Shown piece after piece: positions 24,487 through 30,854 of a DNA stretch of 30,854 nt. Numbering within the stretch: position 1 is the first letter of the stretch; each line of letters begins with the position of its first letter. The position numbers and the translations under genes were made by a program. Location: positions 1 through 30,854 of IMG/VR virus record IMGVR_UViG_3300030376_000714; one strand, given 5' to 3'. This stretch comes from a virus. Taxonomy: Duplodnaviria; Caudoviricetes. The notes beneath the pieces are model-generated. The model was not told where the DNA came from. It saw only the letters and a list, made by a program, of their open reading frames with translations, and searched no databases.

Positions 24487-26106
24487 TTATATTGTCGCTC
24501 TACGTCTTATGTTCGCTAACTGATCTTGGCTGTTTGTCATTTCGTCGGTTACTACAAAGGCTTTAATAGGTTCAGGCTTAATACCACCCCCTAATTCAAA
24601 TTGTCCTGACATCATTTGTGGAGCAGGAGTTGCAGTTGTATTAGGAGTAGAAGCTGAAGCTCCTGCACCACCACCACCACCACCACCTGTTGATGCGATA
24701 GCTTTAACATTAGCAATACCTGAAGCGATTGCTGCTCCTGCTGCTACTGCTCCTAAAGCGGGACCTATACCTGGAATTATAGCCATAGAAGCATAGGCGG
24801 CGTTTGCACCTTTATAAGTGTCAATAGTTGCCTGTGCTATAGCGGCGGCTTTACCTGCGATTGTTTCTTTTCCTAAAATTGCCGCCATATCTCCTGCTGT
24901 TGAAGATGCTATACCTAGCTGTTCTTCTTTTGTCATTTCTGACCATTTAACCTGTTTTTCAGCGTATTTTCCTCGTATAGCATCAACTTCAGATTGTTGT
25001 GCTTCTTCAAGTTCAACTACACTTTCTCCTAAAGCTCTTTTGCCTTCTATAATAGCAAAGTATTTATCATATACTGCATTAGTTTCTCTTTCTTGTGCAG
25101 TTAATTGACTTTCATAATATTTATCTAATAGTTCTGCCCCTGTAACTGTTAAGTCGTTGATTCTTTGTTGTTCTAAATCTCTTAGCTCTTGAATTTTTGC
25201 CATTTCAGCATCAATAGCGTCTTGTTTCTTTTTTAAATCTGCATCTATTCTATCTTGTTTTTCTTTTGATCTCGCTTTTTCTTCTGCTTGTATTTCTCTT
25301 TCTAAAGCGTTTACTTCAGTAACAACCCTTCTTCTCATTTTAATAGAAGCGGTTTCTTTTTCAATAATTGCAGCTTTTAATTCAGCTAATTTTTGTTCAT
25401 CTTCTTCTAAATTTTCACTAAGAGCCATTTCTTCTTTTTGAATCGCCATTCTTTCTTTTGCTAATTCTATTTCTTTCTGTGTTGTTTCGGCTTCTAATTC
25501 TAGTGCTTTTTTAAGATTATCTAATCTTTCTGCTGCTGACTTTGTTTCATCTTCTGCTATCAATCTTGCTTTTTCAATCTCTTGCCTTGTCTTAGCTTTT
25601 TGAACCATAAACTCCATATCAGCATCTCTAAGATCTTGTGTTCTTTTCTTTAATTCAACCATAGCTTTTACCTCTCTTTCAACCTCATCAGCTATACCTG
25701 AAAAAGTGCCTTTCATAGCCTCACCTGCTTTTCTAAATTCTCCTGAAAAGACAAAGCTAAGAGCTTCTCCAACTTTACTAAGTCTATCCATTAAAACTGA
25801 TACAACTGCACCAATAGCTGAAAATGCTTGTGCTAATTTATCTGCACCTCTTTTAGTATTTGTAAAATAACTTACAAGTGAACCAATTAAAACTACAAAA
25901 GCTCCTATCCCTGTTGAAATAAGTCCTGCTTTAACAGAGCTAAACAACCCTTTAGCTGTTACCATCGCTTTAGAAAAACCTGCTTTTAAACTATTAACTG
26001 AAACACCCATAAAAGCTATATCAGCCGCTCCCTGTTTTGCGTCTTTACTTACTTGCCCAATATTAGATTTAACATTAAATGTTGCTGTTTCTGTTGTATT
26101 TGCCAT
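24487..26106 (-). CDS. Tape measure protein
   Basis: STGIGAFVVLIGSLV hydrophobic patch, long E/K coiled coil, Ala/Gly-rich C-terminus. Confidence 0.8.
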   Translation of the reverse strand: MANTTETATFNVKSNIGQVSKDAKQGAADIAFMGVSVNSLKAGFSKAMVTAKGLFSSVKAGLISTGIGAFVVLIGSLVSYFTNTKRGADKLAQAFSAIGAVVSVLMDRLSKVGEALSFVFSGEFRKAGEAMKGTFSGIADEVEREVKAMVELKKRTQDLRDADMEFMVQKAKTRQEIEKARLIAEDETKSAAERLDNLKKALELEAETTQKEIELAKERMAIQKEEMALSENLEEDEQKLAELKAAIIEKETASIKMRRRVVTEVNALEREIQAEEKARSKEKQDRIDADLKKKQDAIDAEMAKIQELRDLEQQRINDLTVTGAELLDKYYESQLTAQERETNAVYDKYFAIIEGKRALGESVVELEEAQQSEVDAIRGKYAEKQVKWSEMTKEEQLGIASSTAGDMAAILGKETIAGKAAAIAQATIDTYKGANAAYASMAIIPGIGPALGAVAAGAAIASGIANVKAIASTGGGGGGGAGASASTPNTTATPAPQMMSGQFELGGGIKPEPIKAFVVTDEMTNSQDQLANIRRRATI

Positions 26107-26116
26107 ATCTTAAATT

Positions 26117-26953
26117 TTATAATCCTGTTTTAATTTGTGTAATTCTTATATTACTACACCATTCTACTGTTTGATCTGCATCACCTCTAACTGTTATTCT
26201 AAAATTCGTTCCTGTATTATTTGCAGCAGGTCGCCAATTAGAAACACTACCTGAGCTTTTAATTAAATCTCTTTCTCTGCTTATTGTTACAGTTTCTCCA
26301 ATTTGAACTGCAACACCCCTTTCTACCCAAGCTGCAAAATCGCCAACTGATCCTTCTCCTGAACCTGCCACCCTTACTGCCACTGTATCAGCGTGAAAAT
26401 AAAATATAGTGTTATCAGGAATAGTAAAAAAGCTATCCTCTATGTTGTTTAAATAACTATTCGTTGTTGAACCATCTACTGTTTGAACGCCATAAAGTAA
26501 ATGAATACTTTGTCTTTCTCCTAATATATCAGCAGGAGCATTACCACCTAATACTATTGAGTTATCTGCCGTTGATTCTCCTAATCTTCCATAGACACAG
26601 GCATTACTTATTCCACTATTAATATAGTTGTTTGTTCCTGTTATAATATTATTAGATGAAAGTCCTTGAACAGTATTATCTTCACCCATTATATAAGTAT
26701 TATGGGTTCCTGTTCCTATTTGATTCCCTGCTCCTTGTATATTATTCTTAACATTACCCATATTTTGTTGCAGTGTTGAACTAAACTTAAAAGCCTCACA
26801 ACTTCCTGTTATAGGGTTGTAAGTGTAGCCATAGGCTTCGCACTGCTTTTGATTAGGCGTTACTATATTAGTTCCGTCTGTAAACTGAACCACCCCTGAA
26901 GTGTTTACTGTTGCAGGTTTTATTGTATATCCTTTTAAAAAATCTGTTGTCAT
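26117..26953 (-). CDS. Tail fiber/receptor-binding-like protein
   Basis: N/G-rich beta-helix-like repeats (NNIQGAGNQIG, NNIITGTNN). Confidence 0.55.
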   Translation of the reverse strand: MTTDFLKGYTIKPATVNTSGVVQFTDGTNIVTPNQKQCEAYGYTYNPITGSCEAFKFSSTLQQNMGNVKNNIQGAGNQIGTGTHNTYIMGEDNTVQGLSSNNIITGTNNYINSGISNACVYGRLGESTADNSIVLGGNAPADILGERQSIHLLYGVQTVDGSTTNSYLNNIEDSFFTIPDNTIFYFHADTVAVRVAGSGEGSVGDFAAWVERGVAVQIGETVTISRERDLIKSSGSVSNWRPAANNTGTNFRITVRGDADQTVEWCSNIRITQIKTGL

Positions 26954-29763
26954 TATGGTATTAATATAAATTCTACTGTTGCTAAATCATTTGGCTTGTA
27001 GTCAATCTTATTTACTCTAAATAATCTATTTTTGATAAATACGGTATCAAAAAACTTAAATGTATTTATGTCGCCTGGACTTAGATTTACTTTTAAAGTC
27101 ATAGTTCTTGTATCAGGATTATATAGCTCATTAAAATAAGGTCGCCAATACATATTAAATAAATTATTTGGTGTTGGTGTTCCCATCTCTTGTAACAACT
27201 GACATTCTCCAAAATGAAAGTCTATTGTATCATCAGGATCTGGCGGGTTACTTACTACTGTTGGCACATCTGTCAAGTGACAAAACTGCAAAAACTCATC
27301 TTCAAAATCATCACCTGGAGATCCGTTTTGTGCTTGAACTTTAAATACTGTTGAATTAAAATCTAATCCTGATAAGGGCGCACCTCTTGTTCCTATATGA
27401 TACATTATTCTAGGACTATTATCAAAACCTTTTGAACTTCCATCACTAGCATCATAAGAATAAATACTTGGAACTATAAAGTCATAAAATTCGTCCATTA
27501 ATGGTTTAGATATTGTTGCCGCAAAAGGTTCAGCTTCTATTTCTTCTTCCCCATCTAATACACTTGAAAGACCACCTGTTGTAAGTGTAGCGTCAAAAAG
27601 TAAACTTCCGTATAGATGACCTTGCGTTGAATTTTTGTAAACATTAAAGATATAATCGTCATCATCTTCAACAAACTTAAATAAAGTTTTTTTGTTTAAG
27701 TCAGTCAAAGGTTTTAGCTTAATTTGTGATATATCTATTTTATCTGTCCAGTCTAAAGGTGGACTAGCAGTATTACTATCAAAGAAATTAGGATTAGCAG
27801 GATCATTACCTGGGAAAAATATATCTTTATAAGGTTCTATTAAGATGTTGTTAGGGTTTACAGGATCAGGCATAGAAACTAAGTTAAACATAGTCATTAT
27901 ACCTTTAAGGAAATCCCATTGACCTAATTCGCCTCTTAAAGCATTTAGAGAAGCTGAAGTTGCCCCAATACCTGATTGAACAAAAGTGGTTCTTGTGCCA
28001 TAAAAAGGACCAAATTGCGATGCATCTGCATCTGTTTTAAATTGTGCTTGTAAAGTATCACCTATGTTTTCTAATATTACATCTACAAAACCAACATAAT
28101 CTTCAGTAGTATCACCTACTGCAATAGTTCTAGTTCGTGGGTTTAATATGTTTACAGTAGCAGGAACAGTAGAATTGTCAGTGTGAATCCATTGAAAATC
28201 TATTGTATGCGGTATAGTTGTATCAGTAGCAGTTATTTCATACTTATAATAAACAATGTATCTTTCGTGAGTCGTTGTTGATGTAATAATATTATTAGTT
28301 TCATCATAATTAGGCGGTAAAAAATTTTGTCCTGAAATACTTTTAGCTGGATCAGTAGATAATTTTAAAGGGATAAATGAACCTGTGCCTGGATTTAAAG
28401 TCGTAACCATAGTTTTCCAACTTGCTGAGTATCTTTCTTCAATAGCAGGAAAGCCATTACTTCCCCAATTAAAGTCCATATATAGTCTCTGAAACTCAGT
28501 ATTGTTATCTATAAAATCACTTGTATAAGTAAACAAACCTGTATCAGCAAAAATTCTTCTTATTAAATAAGTAAGTTTAATAAAAGGTCTAAATGAGCTT
28601 TCAATATTAGGCAATACAGGCTTATCATTTGTTCCTACTGTATAAGAGTGTTCCCAATCAACAAAAGGGTATCTTAAAACAGAAGTAGTTGATCCTGTTC
28701 CTGCATAACTTCCTGCTGGTAGTGCGTTGTCAAGTGCTAAAGCTCCTTGTGCTGAATTTTTTATATTTGTATAATTATAGGCGTGATTAAGTTCTGAAAA
28801 GTCTATTTGATTAAAGTCTCTGTCGCCTAAAACATCTGCCAAAGCGATAACTTCAGAATATAGATTAACATTATAACTTATTTCTCCCTCTTTGTCTTGT
28901 ATATCAATTACTCTTAAATAACCTTCAAAGAGAATAAATCCATCTTGCTTTAATTCGCATCTAGTCTTAGCATAAGGATTAAAACTTGCAACACCTTGAA
29001 CTGATCTTGTTACTTCAAAAAGATTATCAAATATTTGATTGTTTCTTTTAGTAGCAGGTAAATTAAATGCCTTAGAATAAGACTGCACTTGTTCGGCTGC
29101 GTTTTTAAAATCATCAACACTTAAAGTTAAAGGTATATCTTCATCTTCATACAAGTCGCATATTACTTGTCCGTTTGACAAACTAATATCAGGTGTTTGA
29201 CCAGCAGGTATAACAGATACATATCCTATCTCTATACTTGTAGTAGCAGTAGCAAAAAACCTAGTAATAATTGTCATACTTGTATTAGTAGCTACAAAAG
29301 ATGTTGTTAATATGTCAGAAGAAGTAGGGTTTACTATTGAATTACTACCAACTGCAACAGATCCATTATATGCTTGTGCCGCCAAAGTTCCTGTTGCTGA
29401 ATTTAAAGGATTAACATAAATAAAATAAGCATTACCAACGATTAAATTTTCAATTCTTTGATATGCAAAAGATGCTGAAAAACTCCCTGCTGTTGATAGT
29501 ATCATATTGCCACCTGTTGCAGTTGGATAAGCAGGTGAGGGAGCTGGTGATGATATTAATCTATATCTATACCAAGTGTTAGCAATAGTAGGTGGGTAGG
29601 TGCTTAAAATAAAATTTGTTGAAATAACAAAACTTTCATTTGTAACACTTGTATTTAAAGTAGAAAAAGTATTGCCATCAACTATAAATTCATTTGCACT
29701 TATAGAAATAGGATCAAGCTCTCCATTAAAAGTTTGTGGATATAATATAAGTTTAGTTGCCAT
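26953..29763 (-). CDS. Large tail tip/hub protein, 936 aa
   Basis: DLYEDEDIPL..SYSKAFNLPAT..NNQIF core; C-terminal FRVNKIDY; S/T-rich N-terminal and central inserts. Confidence 0.7.
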   Translation of the reverse strand: MATKLILYPQTFNGELDPISISANEFIVDGNTFSTLNTSVTNESFVISTNFILSTYPPTIANTWYRYRLISSPAPSPAYPTATGGNMILSTAGSFSASFAYQRIENLIVGNAYFIYVNPLNSATGTLAAQAYNGSVAVGSNSIVNPTSSDILTTSFVATNTSMTIITRFFATATTSIEIGYVSVIPAGQTPDISLSNGQVICDLYEDEDIPLTLSVDDFKNAAEQVQSYSKAFNLPATKRNNQIFDNLFEVTRSVQGVASFNPYAKTRCELKQDGFILFEGYLRVIDIQDKEGEISYNVNLYSEVIALADVLGDRDFNQIDFSELNHAYNYTNIKNSAQGALALDNALPAGSYAGTGSTTSVLRYPFVDWEHSYTVGTNDKPVLPNIESSFRPFIKLTYLIRRIFADTGLFTYTSDFIDNNTEFQRLYMDFNWGSNGFPAIEERYSASWKTMVTTLNPGTGSFIPLKLSTDPAKSISGQNFLPPNYDETNNIITSTTTHERYIVYYKYEITATDTTIPHTIDFQWIHTDNSTVPATVNILNPRTRTIAVGDTTEDYVGFVDVILENIGDTLQAQFKTDADASQFGPFYGTRTTFVQSGIGATSASLNALRGELGQWDFLKGIMTMFNLVSMPDPVNPNNILIEPYKDIFFPGNDPANPNFFDSNTASPPLDWTDKIDISQIKLKPLTDLNKKTLFKFVEDDDDYIFNVYKNSTQGHLYGSLLFDATLTTGGLSSVLDGEEEIEAEPFAATISKPLMDEFYDFIVPSIYSYDASDGSSKGFDNSPRIMYHIGTRGAPLSGLDFNSTVFKVQAQNGSPGDDFEDEFLQFCHLTDVPTVVSNPPDPDDTIDFHFGECQLLQEMGTPTPNNLFNMYWRPYFNELYNPDTRTMTLKVNLSPGDINTFKFFDTVFIKNRLFRVNKIDYKPNDLATVEFILIP

Positions 29764-30854
29764 TATACTGATTGAGTTCTTAGTGTTTTAGTCTTTTCAA
29801 CTTCAAATGTGTATTGTATTAACTGATCGTTGCCAAGCGTTTTCTTTGTGAAATTAGTAGTTAATAATCTAACAGGTGTAACATAGTTATTTAACAAACC
29901 TGTTCCTGTTCCACCAATACCACCCGGATCATCTTGGAATCCTTCTAATATATAAACTTCAGGACTATTTGTAAGTTCTTCAAACATTACGTTATCCATT
30001 TCACTAACAAAATCTGTATTTATTTTTATTTTTTCAGTTGCATTAACTCTAAAAGATTTTTTACCACCTTTAAAAGTATCAGTTCTATAATAACTCTCAT
30101 TCCAAGTTCCTTCCAACTGAGTGTATGTAGAACCCTGAGTAGATATTGTTTTAGTTGATTTCTTAGTAAAGGTATAATAATCCCAAGCTCCCCACTGATT
30201 CAGCCAACAAAGTCTTATAGGCTCATAACCTAATTTATCAGGACAATTAATGTTTATTGTATAAGTTTGAGATATATCATTACCACCTGAATCTCTTGCA
30301 ACTACTTTAATTTTACCACCATAAATACTACCATTAGCAATAGCAGCTTGAAAAGAAACATTTCCTCTATTTTGCAAGTTTCCGGGAAAACATCCTACAT
30401 ACAAAAGCTTAGTGTTTATAAAAGAGCTTGTAGCTGAAGTAGCACCATTAGCAGCGTTAAATGTAGAAAATAAAGAAACTACTCCTGCACCTGTATTATC
30501 TTCAACTAACATATATATTTTATCTATCTGCCCTGTTCCTAAAACATTTGGAATAAAACCCAAAGTTCCATAATCATCTATATTAGCGTATTGCTCTGTT
30601 GGTGCATTAGATAAGAATTTTTTTGTATTGTCAAATAACCAATAAGGAGAAATATCGAAAGAGAAATTATTTCCTACCTTAAATAACTTATCTGTATATT
30701 TTAAGTAGGCATTGAAATATTGCAAAAGATTACTATCTTCTCTTGTAGTAATATCTTCTACAACTTTATTATAAGAAGAAGAAGCTGGATCAGCATCTAA
30801 ATATTCAACAGAAAAACGAACCTGCAACCACCTAGCAATATTATCTCCTTTTGA
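29763..30854 (-). CDS. Tail structural protein allele B (5'-truncated homolog of 44..1474)
   Basis: Frame stays open to the window end (SKGDNIARWLQVRF...); C-terminus nearly identical to allele A. Confidence 0.8.
   Translation of the reverse strand, partial: SKGDNIARWLQVRFSVEYLDADPASSSYNKVVEDITTREDSNLLQYFNAYLKYTDKLFKVGNNFSFDISPYWLFDNTKKFLSNAPTEQYANIDDYGTLGFIPNVLGTGQIDKIYMLVEDNTGAGVVSLFSTFNAANGATSATSSFINTKLLYVGCFPGNLQNRGNVSFQAAIANGSIYGGKIKVVARDSGGNDISQTYTININCPDKLGYEPIRLCWLNQWGAWDYYTFTKKSTKTISTQGSTYTQLEGTWNESYYRTDTFKGGKKSFRVNATEKIKINTDFVSEMDNVMFEELTNSPEVYILEGFQDDPGGIGGTGTGLLNNYVTPVRLLTTNFTKKTLGNDQLIQYTFEVEKTKTLRTQSV

Noticed and set aside
24667-24687. (CCA)n run as a contingency microsatellite
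   Set aside because: In-frame poly-Gly linker of the tape measure protein; a triplet repeat would not phase-vary the frame.
1567-29791. Plus-strand ORFs of 60-103 aa in the ORF track
   Set aside because: All lie antisense to well-supported minus-strand genes and show no recognisable motifs; treated as shadow ORFs.
1-30854. Stop-codon reassignment, CRISPR array, tRNAs, integrase/att sites
   Set aside because: Standard-code ORFs tile the genome densely with coupled stops and starts; no repeat-spacer array, cloverleaf or recombinase motif was seen.

Overview
AT-rich, essentially complete (~29.7 kb unit length) genome of a small tailed dsDNA phage (siphovirus-like Caudoviricetes). The host is probably Bacteroidota/Flavobacteria, inferred from TAnnTTTG promoter boxes, A-rich leaders without Shine-Dalgarno sequences and a DUF3127 SSB. 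All credible protein genes are on the minus strand. The order is: early/replication operon (15.1k->7.0k: acidic first protein, SSB, DnaA-C-like HTH, initiator, two short C5 cytosine MTases, NinG, ECF-like sigma), then a ParB-TET/JBP-TerS-TerL packaging operon, tail genes, and (wrapping through the window ends) tail, tape measure, head, portal, lysis and phosphoesterase genes. No integrase, DNA polymerase, tRNA or CRISPR was seen. Window position 1 corresponds to 29720, but the overlapping copies carry two diverged alleles of one tail gene. Main leads: (1) a TET/JBP dioxygenase in the late packaging operon, with two C5-MTases in the early operon; (2) a five-copy bipartite late promoter AAAYAAA-N11/12-TCTATTATAT, probably read by the phage sigma and giving near-leaderless mRNAs; (3) a candidate plus-strand sRNA with a 14-nt seed antisense to the start codon of the first early gene; (4) an unannotated -1 frameshift (G/GT-type chaperone); (5) several unannotated micro-ORFs. 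Family calls come from motif recognition by eye, not database searches.
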